Origin: Akkermansia muciniphila ATCC BAA-835
GTDB taxonomy: Bacteria; Verrucomicrobiota; Verrucomicrobiia; Verrucomicrobiales; Akkermansiaceae
Assembly: GCF_000020225.1 (NCBI RefSeq)
Contig: NC_010655.1
Span: 1,920,001-1,952,000, forward strand
Length of the DNA: 32,000 nt
Reading direction: 5' to 3'
The position numbers were made by a program, and so were the translations under genes. The notes beneath the pieces are model-generated. The model had not been told where the DNA came from and did no database searches. It was given only the letters and a program-made list of their open reading frames with translations. This document shows positions 17,703 through 26,096 of this stretch, piece after piece; the stretch's first letter is position 1, and each line of letters starts with the position of its first letter.

Positions 17703-19103
17703 TTAGCGGGTGAGGAAACGGTTTTGCTCCCTGCCTTCCTCCGTGTGGGGCAGACAGGCGTTGAATGGATCCGTCAGGGCTACGAATTCTTCCTTGAATT
17801 TGGAGACCATGGCCTGGGTGGGCCAGGAGGCGGCTTCACCAAAGGCGCAGACCGTTTTTCCTTCAATCTGGTTGGCCACTTCAATGAGCAGATCCACATC
17901 CGACGGGGCGGCTTTTCCTTCCAGGATGCGGGTGCTGAGTTTCATCATCCACGGACAGCCTTCCCGGCAGGGAGTGCACTGCCCGCAGGATTCATGGGCG
18001 TAGAAACGGTTGATGTTGTTCATGGCCCAGGGCATGGAGCGGGAGTCGTCCATGACGATGACCGCGCCGGAACCGGACATGGAGCCGTGCCGGGCGATGC
18101 TGTCCAGATCCAGCGGAATGTCGAAAAAGGTGATTTTTCCCATGGTGCCGTCCGGATTCTGCACTTTGTATTCCGCATCCGTGCGCATGACCTTGGAGGA
18201 GGAGCCTCCGGGTATCACGGCCTTGAACTGGCGCCCGTCCCGCGGGCCGCCGCAGACGTCATACAGCAGTTCACCGAAGGTCATGGAGCCGGAGACGATT
18301 TCATAGAACCCAGGACGTTTGACGTCGCCGGAAACCCCGATGATGCGGGTGCCGGGGGAACGTTTGGCTCCTTCCTGGCTGTAGGCTTCTCCTCCCATGG
18401 CCATGATGTGTTTCACCTGGCAGAGGGATTCCACGTTGTTGACAATGGTGGGGCATCCGTACAGGCCGATGGCGGCCGGGAAGTAGGGGGGCTTGATGCG
18501 GGGATAGGGGCGATCCCCTTCAAGGGAGTTGAGCAGGGCCGTTTCCTCACCGCAAATGTACGCTCCCGCTCCGCGGTGCAGGTGGATTTCCAGATTATAG
18601 CCGGACCCCTGGATATTGCTGCCCAGGAAGCCGCGTTCGCGAGCTTCCTGAAGGGCTTTGAGCATGATTTCCGCGGCGATGGGAAATTCTTCGCGCATGT
18701 AGATGTAAGCCTGATGCGCTCCCACCGCGTAGCTGGAGATGACCATTCCTTCAATGAGCTGGTGGGGATCCTGATGGACAATGTAGCGGTCCTTGAACGT
18801 GCCTGGTTCGGATTCGTCACAGTTGCAAACCAGGTAAACAGGCTTCGTGTTGTTCGGCGGAATGAAGGTCCATTTCACGCCGGTGGGGAACCCCGCGCCG
18901 CCACGGCCGCGAAGACCGGATTTTTTCACCTCGTCAATGACGGCCCTGGGCTCCATGCCGAGCGCCTTTTTCAGTTCTTCATAACCGCCGTCGGCCAGAT
19001 AGCAGTCAATGGAGGTATTCCAGCCCTCGCGGTTGACGTTTTTCAGAATGCGGCGCGTTTCCCTGGGGTGGGGTTCTTTACCGGGAAGATAGGTGATGCT
19101 CAT
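17703..19103 (-). CDS. nuoF: NADH-quinone oxidoreductase subunit F (FMN/NADH site, N3 cluster)
   Basis: It carries GLRGRGGAGFPTGVKW (the FMN site) and ESCGQCTPCREG (the [4Fe-4S] cluster). Confidence 0.95.
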   Translation of the reverse strand: MSITYLPGKEPHPRETRRILKNVNREGWNTSIDCYLADGGYEELKKALGMEPRAVIDEVKKSGLRGRGGAGFPTGVKWTFIPPNNTKPVYLVCNCDESEPGTFKDRYIVHQDPHQLIEGMVISSYAVGAHQAYIYMREEFPIAAEIMLKALQEARERGFLGSNIQGSGYNLEIHLHRGAGAYICGEETALLNSLEGDRPYPRIKPPYFPAAIGLYGCPTIVNNVESLCQVKHIMAMGGEAYSQEGAKRSPGTRIIGVSGDVKRPGFYEIVSGSMTFGELLYDVCGGPRDGRQFKAVIPGGSSSKVMRTDAEYKVQNPDGTMGKITFFDIPLDLDSIARHGSMSGSGAVIVMDDSRSMPWAMNNINRFYAHESCGQCTPCREGCPWMMKLSTRILEGKAAPSDVDLLIEVANQIEGKTVCAFGEAASWPTQAMVSKFKEEFVALTDPFNACLPHTEEGREQNRFLTR

Positions 19104-19136
19104 GGCGAAAATCTGGTGCGTGGGAAATGGAAAGGG

Positions 19137-19718
19137 TTAGGCTGTCTGATATTTGGCAATCACTTCTTCCAGCACTTCCGGAGTGACTTTTTCGTACAGG
19201 AGATCGTTGACCATCATGTTGGGGCCAAAGCCGCAGTTGGCTAGGCATTCCACTCCTTCCACGCTCCACAGGCCGTCCGGGCTGACTCCAATGGGGTGGT
19301 GGTGGTCGATGCCGTTTTTGTCAATGCCCAGACGCGTGCAGATGGCGTCGAACAGGCTGTCCGCCCCCGCCATGGCGCAGGAAAGAGTGCGGCATACGCG
19401 GATGTGGTTTTTTCCGGGGCACATCTGGCGCAGACCGGGATAGAAAGTCACCACGCCCAGAACATGGGCGGCGGAGATATTCAGTTTTTCTCCCACCCAG
19501 GCAATGGCGTCGCCGCTGATGAAGCCGAATTTTTTCTGTATTTCATGCAGGATGGGCAGCACGGCGGATTTTTGCTTGCCTTCCGGGTAATGCGTAACGT
19601 ATTCGCTGGCGGCGGCGTCAAGTTCCGGCGTTACTTCAAAGGCCGGGTAAAACCGTTCGCCCGGGCTGGGCTGGTGGGCGATAGTCGCGTCGATGGCGTT
19701 TTCAGCGTAATCGGACAT
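19137..19718 (-). CDS. nuoE: NADH-quinone oxidoreductase subunit E ([2Fe-2S] N1a)
   Basis: It has a thioredoxin-like ferredoxin pattern: VCRTLSCAMAG ... ECLANCGFGP. Confidence 0.92.
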   Translation of the reverse strand: MSDYAENAIDATIAHQPSPGERFYPAFEVTPELDAAASEYVTHYPEGKQKSAVLPILHEIQKKFGFISGDAIAWVGEKLNISAAHVLGVVTFYPGLRQMCPGKNHIRVCRTLSCAMAGADSLFDAICTRLGIDKNGIDHHHPIGVSPDGLWSVEGVECLANCGFGPNMMVNDLLYEKVTPEVLEEVIAKYQTA

Positions 19719-19767
19719 GGGGAAAAAGTTTGGTGTTTGCGTTGAAGTGGATGAAAGTGGCGGGTGT

Positions 19768-21012
19768 TTAACGGTCGCATTCGCCCATCACGAAGTCGAA
19801 GGAGCCGAGAATGGCCGGAACGTCGGAAACCAGGTGGCCTTTCATCAGTTCCGGCAGGATGGACAGGTTGCAGAAGGAGGGGGAGCGCATGCGCAGGCGG
19901 TTGGGAAGCCCGCCCCCCTTGGAGTCCAGGAAGAAACCCAGCTCTCCCTTCGGGTTTTCCGCGGCAAAGTAAACCTGCCCGGCAGGGGCGTTCACCCCCA
20001 TGGTCGTCGTCATGAACTGGCGAATCAGGGATTCCATGTCCGTCAGGACTTTTTTCTTTTCAGGCAGCGTGCCTTTGGTGTCCACCATGTTGATGGGGCC
20101 GTCCGGCATGGTTTCAATGACTTGGCGGATGATGCGCAGGGACTGGCGCATTTCTTCAATGCGCACGGTAAAACGGTCGTAGCAGTCTCCGTGTTCGCCT
20201 ACGGGGACGTCGAATTCGTAATTTTCATATCCCAGATAGGGGGTGAGTTTGCGCAGGTCCCGCTTAATGCCGCTGGCTCGCAGGTTGGCCCCCGTAATAC
20301 CCCAGGAAAGCGCTTTTTCACGGCTGATGACGCCTACGCCCTGAAGACGGTCAATGAAGATTTTGTTTTTGAGCAGGAGGGCTTCCGTTTCATCAAGGGT
20401 TTTGGCCGCTTCATCGCAGAAGACGAGCACTTCCTTGAGCATTTCATTGGGAACATCACGCGTCTGTCCGCCGATGCGGGTATAGGAGGAAGTAAAGCGC
20501 GCCCCAGTGAGCTGTTCGTAAAAATTATGGATTTTTTCACGTTCCTCATAACAGTACAGGAAAACGGTCATGGCGCCTACGTCCATGCCGTACACGCCTA
20601 CGCCCAGGATGTGGGAGGAAAAGCGGGAAAGTTCCAGGGCCAGTACGCGCAGGGCCTGTCCGCGGGGCGGCAGTTCCCATCCCAGCAGTTTTTCCACCGC
20701 GCAGGCATAGGCGATGTTGTTGGACAGGGGGGCCAGGTAGTCAAAACGGTCGGTGTAGGGAACAAATTGGTTGTACTGGATGGTTTCGCCTATTTTTTCC
20801 ATTCCGCGGTGCAGATGGCCAACCACCGGATCACAGCTGATGATTTCTTCACCATCAAGTTCCAGCACTAGGCGCAGCACGCCGTGGGTGGCGGGGTGGG
20901 AGGGGCCCACATTCAGGGTCATCGTTTCTCCGAGCGGTTCGGATGTATTGGTGAGATAGTCTGCGTTAGCGGCTGTATCTGCAATGGCGAAAGTTTTGGT
21001 GCTCGTCTTCAT
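19768..21012 (-). CDS. nuoD: NADH-quinone oxidoreductase subunit D (49-kDa subunit); first gene of the cluster
   Basis: It has MTLNVGPSHPATHGVLRLVLELDGEEI and the C-terminal FDFVMGECDR. At 414 aa it is NuoD only, not a NuoCD fusion. Confidence 0.95.
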   Translation of the reverse strand: MKTSTKTFAIADTAANADYLTNTSEPLGETMTLNVGPSHPATHGVLRLVLELDGEEIISCDPVVGHLHRGMEKIGETIQYNQFVPYTDRFDYLAPLSNNIAYACAVEKLLGWELPPRGQALRVLALELSRFSSHILGVGVYGMDVGAMTVFLYCYEEREKIHNFYEQLTGARFTSSYTRIGGQTRDVPNEMLKEVLVFCDEAAKTLDETEALLLKNKIFIDRLQGVGVISREKALSWGITGANLRASGIKRDLRKLTPYLGYENYEFDVPVGEHGDCYDRFTVRIEEMRQSLRIIRQVIETMPDGPINMVDTKGTLPEKKKVLTDMESLIRQFMTTTMGVNAPAGQVYFAAENPKGELGFFLDSKGGGLPNRLRMRSPSFCNLSILPELMKGHLVSDVPAILGSFDFVMGECDR

Positions 21013-21202
21013 GTGGATGTCCGTGCCTGGCTGAACCTGATAATGGTGCCGGATGATTATGCCACTTCACACCATGCGGGCAAGCCAAATGTCAGTTTTT
21101 TTGGCATTCCGGGGAGGTGGTGCGCGAGTCTCCTCAACTGATGAATGTTAGTCCTTTCTAACAATAAGCTTTTATATGGAACCTGCCGAATATGGGAAAA
21201 AG

Positions 21203-21420
21203 CGGATTAGGAATCCGGAGTCAACCTACAAATTTGAGAAAAAATAATTTAATGCAAATTTGCTCAGTTATTTCCGAATGGCGGGTGCCGGGAAAACAGG
21301 GCTGCCGGGCCTTATGGCTGGACGTGTCCGAACGCAGCGGAGGAGAATCTTCTTCCTTTGTAGCCGGCCTCCCTGCGTAGTCCTTTTCGGGATTCACGTT
21401 ATATGCGGATTCCTAATCCG
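21203..21420. repeat. 15-bp inverted-repeat pair bracketing a 188-bp segment (candidate inverton or operator pair) upstream of the CDS at 21434
   Basis: CGGATTAGGAATCCG at 21203-21217 and its exact reverse complement CGGATTCCTAATCCG at 21406-21420. The right copy ends 13 nt before ATG 21434. Each copy is itself a dyad, CGGATT-N3-AATCCG. Confidence 0.6.
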
Positions 21421-21433
21421 TTAGGAAAAAAAT

Positions 21434-22789
21434 ATGTTGAAGCCGAGGAGAATTTTTGTCTTTCCCATTGCTGTAACATTTTCAGTATTATTTATTTTAT
21501 ATATTATTTCATGGTTTTCCCCTATTGCCGGGGATTCCTTTATTCACGACAGGACGGGGTACCTTGGGCAGTTTCATATCCGCCATGTCTGGAAGGCCTG
21601 CGTGGACAGTTACCTGTATTGGAATCCCAGGCTGGGGGAAATGGCTGCGTTTTTTATTACTTCTGCTCCCCGGCTGGTCTGGACGGTCTTGAATCCCGTG
21701 TTTGTGCTTGCCCTTGTTCTTGGCCTTTATGTGCTCGCTCTGGGGAGAATGCCCAATCTCCGGCGGGAGTGCGGAGCATGGACGTGGTTGTTTGCTTTAA
21801 GCATGTTCGTCTCAGCCGGGGTAACCGTTTATTATGTCTGCCTGACACGCGCAGGCTCCATGAATTATGTGTGGACCGGATGCCTGATCGTATGGTTCAT
21901 GAATATTTACAGAACCAGGTGGGGGAAGCGGATAACCTCCCCTCGATGGGGCCTGTCCTCAGGATGTCTGATTTATGGGATTTTCTGCGGCGCCTGTAAT
22001 GCAGGGGCGACGATAGGAATGGCGGCGGCGTTTTGCATCATGGCCGCGGTCGGCATGTTCCGGGACCGCAGGGTGGGCGCTTATGTATGGTGCGGGTTTG
22101 CCGGCGTTGCGTTGGGAGGCCTGTTTCTATTTGCCGCCCCCGGTTTGTATTCGCGGCTTGGCCATGATTTGGGAGCGAGTGAAGTTTTGAGGAAGGGCGG
22201 TTTTTGCGCCTATGCGGAGTCTTTCGGGATATTGCTTTATTACCACGCGAGGATGTTGTGTAAAATATATGCCGTTTCCGCAGTATTAACGGGATTTTTG
22301 TTGTTCAGCGGCACGGAGCGGTGCCGGGAAGTAATCAGGAAGGAAAAGGAATCCTTCTTTTATATTCTTTTTTTATTGTTGCTGGGGTTCATCATGTCCG
22401 TTTGTTATTTTCCGGTGTGCATTCCCGCCCATCATGTTCAGTTCGTGTCGTCCCTGCCCGTTTTGGCGGCGTCAACCGTGTTGTTCTCCGTATTGTACCG
22501 GAATGAGATCATGGTGCGCGGATTGCGCGCGGTGACTGTTTGCCTTGCCGGAGCGACTTTGTTTTTCGGGGTGGTGTTCGCCCTGGAGTATTATCATGTA
22601 GGCTCTCAGGCTTTCCAGAGAGAGGAACTGATTCATAAGGCCTTCCAGGAGGGGAATCTGGAACCGGAAGTTCCTTCCATCTCTCCTCTTTTCTTTGAAG
22701 GAAAAGTGTCCGGAACGGATGGGAATTGGGGAGGGCCGGATACCAACCGCCGGTTTGGCATCCGCAAACTGGTGGTGAAAAAGCCCTGA
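21434..22789 (+). CDS. Polytopic inner-membrane protein, GT-C-like / DUF6056-like (function tentative)
   Basis: The 451-aa ORF has about 10 or more hydrophobic segments. An acidic first-loop motif PIAGDSFIHD followed by YLYWNPRLGE resembles GT-C glycosyltransferase and DUF6056 membrane proteins. No alignment was possible here. The overlapping ORF 21403..21999, in another frame, was rejected. Confidence 0.7.
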   Translation: MLKPRRIFVFPIAVTFSVLFILYIISWFSPIAGDSFIHDRTGYLGQFHIRHVWKACVDSYLYWNPRLGEMAAFFITSAPRLVWTVLNPVFVLALVLGLYVLALGRMPNLRRECGAWTWLFALSMFVSAGVTVYYVCLTRAGSMNYVWTGCLIVWFMNIYRTRWGKRITSPRWGLSSGCLIYGIFCGACNAGATIGMAAAFCIMAAVGMFRDRRVGAYVWCGFAGVALGGLFLFAAPGLYSRLGHDLGASEVLRKGGFCAYAESFGILLYYHARMLCKIYAVSAVLTGFLLFSGTERCREVIRKEKESFFYILFLLLLGFIMSVCYFPVCIPAHHVQFVSSLPVLAASTVLFSVLYRNEIMVRGLRAVTVCLAGATLFFGVVFALEYYHVGSQAFQREELIHKAFQEGNLEPEVPSISPLFFEGKVSGTDGNWGGPDTNRRFGIRKLVVKKP

Positions 22790-22799
22790 GGGAAAATGG

Positions 22800-24266
22800 C
22801 TATTTGACTATGTTCCGGGGAGTGAAGTGCATTTCCTGTTCCTCGATGCCGAATTGCCAGGTGGCCGTTTGCCACATGTTGACAGCAGGATTTTTCCAAC
22901 GGACCTGGACGGTTACGGGGCTGAGCCGCAGGGGACGGGAGGGAGTCCATTTCAAAATTTTTTCCTTGGCGTCGTACCGGGCGTTTACCAGGCCGAAGCC
23001 GGAGACGCGCATTTCCATTTGCTTGGGTTCCAAGGAGGGTTCCCCTGCCAGGGAAATGGATATATCGGGAGTCTGGTTTTTCACCACGGTATTGGCGGCC
23101 GGATAAACGGGCTGGGCCGGGGCCGGGTAGGAATTCATCTTTTTCCCGCTGCTGTTGCCAGGGGTGGCCGCCGGAGTTTCCGGAGTGGAGGGAACGTTGA
23201 AATTCAGGGCTCTGGTAAATGTCTTAGGGTCTTTGCCGAAGACCATGTAGCGGTGAATCCGCCAGCGGTCCGTGTCCTTGGTCACTTTTTTGGGGATTAC
23301 CGTAAAGGCCGCCTGGAATCCGGCGTCTTCCGCCTTGGAGATCATTTCCGGCAGGATGAAGCCGCCAGGATAGCAATAGGCCTCCACGGAAGAACCGGGG
23401 AATTTTTCCTGAAGGATTTTCCGGGAATTGCCTATTTCCGCCGTTGCCAGATCCAGAACCGCTTGTGTACCTTTCCGCTGGGCGGCCCTCCAGGATCTTG
23501 GGTACAGGTGGCTGACGGAGTGGCTGCCCAGGGTGGCGCCGTTATTCAGCATTTCCTGAATCTGGGCGGGGCTCATGGCAGAACCGCGGCCCGTGATGAA
23601 TTTGGTGTATGGGAAAATGGTAAAGGGGAATCCCGTTTCTTTCAGGATGGGATAGGCGTCCGTGTAGACGCTCTTCCAGCCGTCATCGATGGTGATCATG
23701 ACGCATTTGGCCGGAAGCTGCCTGTCCCCCAGTTTCCATTCCAGGAATTCCTTCATGGAGATGACGGGCACTCCGGACGCCTTCAGCGCCTGCATCTGAG
23801 AGCGGAATACATCCGTATTCATGCGCATTTCCGTAGCGGGAAGGGTGCGGCTGAAATCATGGTAACCCAGAATGGCTACGCGGGTTTCAGGCTGAGGAAC
23901 CGGAACGGGGGAAAAAGCCGTGGAGGGAATGGCAAGGGGTGCCTCCGCAGGTTGTACCGGGGCGTGCAGGTTCGTTTCCCCGGGAATGGGTTCCGCGTTA
24001 GGGATGGACTCCGCCAGGGGAGCGGAAGAGCCTGTCTCTCCGGGAATGGGTTCCGCCATGGGGATGTATTCATCCTTGCGGTTGGCTTCAATCAGGTCTT
24101 TGACGGGAACGATGCCGGCGGCCGGGTTTCCCTTGATGGTTCCCCCGATGACCGGGCCGGGAGCAAAGGGAAGGGGAGACGCCGGCGGCAGGTCGGGCGG
24201 AAGCTCCGCACATGCGACACCGGCTGCGATCAAGAAAACGGAAAGGAGGCCTGGGACGGAGCGCAT
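22800..24266 (-). CDS. Secreted polysaccharide deacetylase (CE4 / NodB homology domain) with a Pro-rich repeat linker and an unknown C-terminal domain
   Basis: The signal peptide is MRSVPGLLSVFLIAAGVACA. CE4 motifs are present: MITIDDGW (the TFDDG-type), LGSHSVSHLY (HSxxH) and CYPGG. The antisense ORF 22827..24287 is a shadow. Confidence 0.88.
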   Translation of the reverse strand: MRSVPGLLSVFLIAAGVACAELPPDLPPASPLPFAPGPVIGGTIKGNPAAGIVPVKDLIEANRKDEYIPMAEPIPGETGSSAPLAESIPNAEPIPGETNLHAPVQPAEAPLAIPSTAFSPVPVPQPETRVAILGYHDFSRTLPATEMRMNTDVFRSQMQALKASGVPVISMKEFLEWKLGDRQLPAKCVMITIDDGWKSVYTDAYPILKETGFPFTIFPYTKFITGRGSAMSPAQIQEMLNNGATLGSHSVSHLYPRSWRAAQRKGTQAVLDLATAEIGNSRKILQEKFPGSSVEAYCYPGGFILPEMISKAEDAGFQAAFTVIPKKVTKDTDRWRIHRYMVFGKDPKTFTRALNFNVPSTPETPAATPGNSSGKKMNSYPAPAQPVYPAANTVVKNQTPDISISLAGEPSLEPKQMEMRVSGFGLVNARYDAKEKILKWTPSRPLRLSPVTVQVRWKNPAVNMWQTATWQFGIEEQEMHFTPRNIVK

Positions 24267-24458
24267 ATCTGCAACTACTATTTTTAAGTTTTCTGTTCAA
24301 CCTTAAACTCAGGCAGGCATGACAGCCTGTTCCGTGCCGCGCGCGTTTTTTCCGGGGCATGTCTGGATTTTCCCGTTTGAATGCGTTATCGCTAAAAAGC
24401 ATGCAGACTCATTTTCCGCTCGCGGAAGAAAGGAGAGGCGTTTAGTCTGTCTGCAGAC

Positions 24459-26072
24459 ATGAGCTGTATTTGTCATTTCTTCAAAGTTCTGGCGCGCCGT
24501 GCGGGTCTGCTCACTGCCGTAGCTGCCGCCGCTTTTTTCCTGGGGGCTCCCGCCGGTGAAGCTTCGGCCCGCACGGCGGCTCCCGCTTATCCGGCCGCGG
24601 AAGTGGGGGGGGAATCCCAGTACAGCCATTTTCCCATTCCTCTCAATCATTACAATCCGGTGCCGCCGGATGCCAGCCTGTACCAGGTGCTTAGTGAACG
24701 CAACAAGCAGTCCGGCGGTTTCAACCTGGCAGTGACGCTCGTTTTCTTCGGCGCTATTATCCATACGTTTCTGGCTGGCCGCTTTGAGCGTTATTCCCAT
24801 AAGCTGGCCCTGCGCTATAAGGAAAAGCTCAAGGAAACCAACTTCCGCGTGATGCATCCGGAAGAGCGCCTCCCGGTTTCCTTCGCGTCCGCCATTTTCC
24901 ATTTTCTGGGAGAAGTGGAAGCCGTGTTCGGAATCTGGCTTATCCCTTTCATGTTCGTGTGCTGGAAGTATTATTCCTTTGAGGATTTTTCCGCTTATTT
25001 GAATTATGACTGTTCCTTCACGGAGCCGATGTTCGTGATGATTATCATGATTATCGCTTCTTCCCGCCCTATTTTCAAGCTGGCGGAATATGTCGTGAAC
25101 TGCGGCGCCAGGCTTGGGAAGGCCACGCCGGGCGCGTGGTGGATTTCCGTGATGTGCCTGGCTCCCTTGCTGGGGTCTCTGATTACGGAACCTGCCGCCA
25201 TGACGATCGGGGCCCTGATCCTAAGCAAGAAATTTTACGACCTCAAGCCGAAGAAAACCTTGATGTACGCCACTCTGGGGCTTCTCTTCGTGAATATCTC
25301 CATCGGGGGCACCCTGACGCACTTTGCAGCTCCGCCCGTAGTGATGGTGGCGGAAAAGTGGGACTGGGGGCTGGCTCACATGATCCAGCATTTCGGATGG
25401 AAGGCCGTTTCCGCCATCGTCATTTCCAATTTGGCGTATTTTCTCCTTTTCCGCAGGGAGTTCGCCCGCCTGGCTTCCCAGCAGAGGGAGTTCGACGAGT
25501 TTGACGACGCCGTTCCCCAGTCCTGGGAAGACCGCAATGACAAGATACCGTTGTGGGTGACCCTGGCGCATGTCTGCTTCCTGGTCTGGACGGTTCTTTT
25601 TGCCCATGAGCCGGTCATGTTCATCGGCAGTTTCCTGTTCTTTATCGGTTTCACATTGGCTACGCCGCAATACCAGAACCAAATGTCTCTGCGTGTGCCC
25701 ATCATGGTGGGGTTCTTCCTGGCGGGGCTGGTCATTCTGGGCGGCGTGCAGGCCTGGTGGCTGGAGCCGGTGCTGACGCGGCTGGGGGACTACGCCATGG
25801 TCGGGGCTACGCTGCTGACGGCATTTAATGACAATGCCGCCGTCACTTTCCTGGCGTCTACGGTTCCCAACCTGCCGGAAGCCGTCAAATATTCCGTGGT
25901 GGCGGGTGCTGTGACGGGCGGCGGCCTGACGGTCATCGCCAACGCCCCCAATCCGGCCGGGCAGGCCATTCTGGGTAAATATTTCAAAGGCATCAATCCC
26001 CTGTGGCTGTTTGCCTGGGCGGCTTTTCCCACTGCCATCGTGTTTATTTTCTTCACCTGCTTCGGCCATTAA
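24459..26072 (+). CDS. Polytopic membrane transporter, putative Na+/H+ antiporter family (DUF1504 / Na_H_antiport_2-like, tentative)
   Basis: The 537-aa ORF has a signal-like N-terminus, many TM segments, and the motifs NDNAAVTFLAS and GGGLTVIANAPNPAG. The family assignment is from memory of that Pfam family only. Confidence 0.7.
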   Translation: MSCICHFFKVLARRAGLLTAVAAAAFFLGAPAGEASARTAAPAYPAAEVGGESQYSHFPIPLNHYNPVPPDASLYQVLSERNKQSGGFNLAVTLVFFGAIIHTFLAGRFERYSHKLALRYKEKLKETNFRVMHPEERLPVSFASAIFHFLGEVEAVFGIWLIPFMFVCWKYYSFEDFSAYLNYDCSFTEPMFVMIIMIIASSRPIFKLAEYVVNCGARLGKATPGAWWISVMCLAPLLGSLITEPAAMTIGALILSKKFYDLKPKKTLMYATLGLLFVNISIGGTLTHFAAPPVVMVAEKWDWGLAHMIQHFGWKAVSAIVISNLAYFLLFRREFARLASQQREFDEFDDAVPQSWEDRNDKIPLWVTLAHVCFLVWTVLFAHEPVMFIGSFLFFIGFTLATPQYQNQMSLRVPIMVGFFLAGLVILGGVQAWWLEPVLTRLGDYAMVGATLLTAFNDNAAVTFLASTVPNLPEAVKYSVVAGAVTGGGLTVIANAPNPAGQAILGKYFKGINPLWLFAWAAFPTAIVFIFFTCFGH

Positions 26073-26096
26073 TGGCCGAAGCGTACTGTCACTCTT

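Noticed and set aside
16173-19244. A 1023-aa open frame on the + strand spanning nuoG and nuoF
   Set aside because: It lies entirely antisense to two genes that carry unmistakable Fe-S and FMN motifs. Its product is rich in G/A/R/H/V/D and has no recognisable motif. Stop-poor antisense frames are expected in GC-rich, codon-biased genes.
21192-21999. ORFs 21192..21380(+) inside the bracketed segment, and 21403..21999(+)
   Set aside because: The first lies in non-coding-looking DNA with no RBS. The second is an alternative frame of the membrane-protein gene, lacks TM-helix periodicity, and ends early.
23315-23322. A fifth GGAATCCG octamer, inside the deacetylase CDS
   Set aside because: Only the 8-nt core matches. 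It has no flanking dyad and no partner copy. About one chance hit is expected for an octamer in 32 kb read on both strands.
24449-24458. A perfect 10-bp palindrome GTCTGCAGAC abutting the ATG of the transporter gene
   Set aside because: It is too short to distinguish from chance, has no second copy, and contains a common restriction-site-like core.
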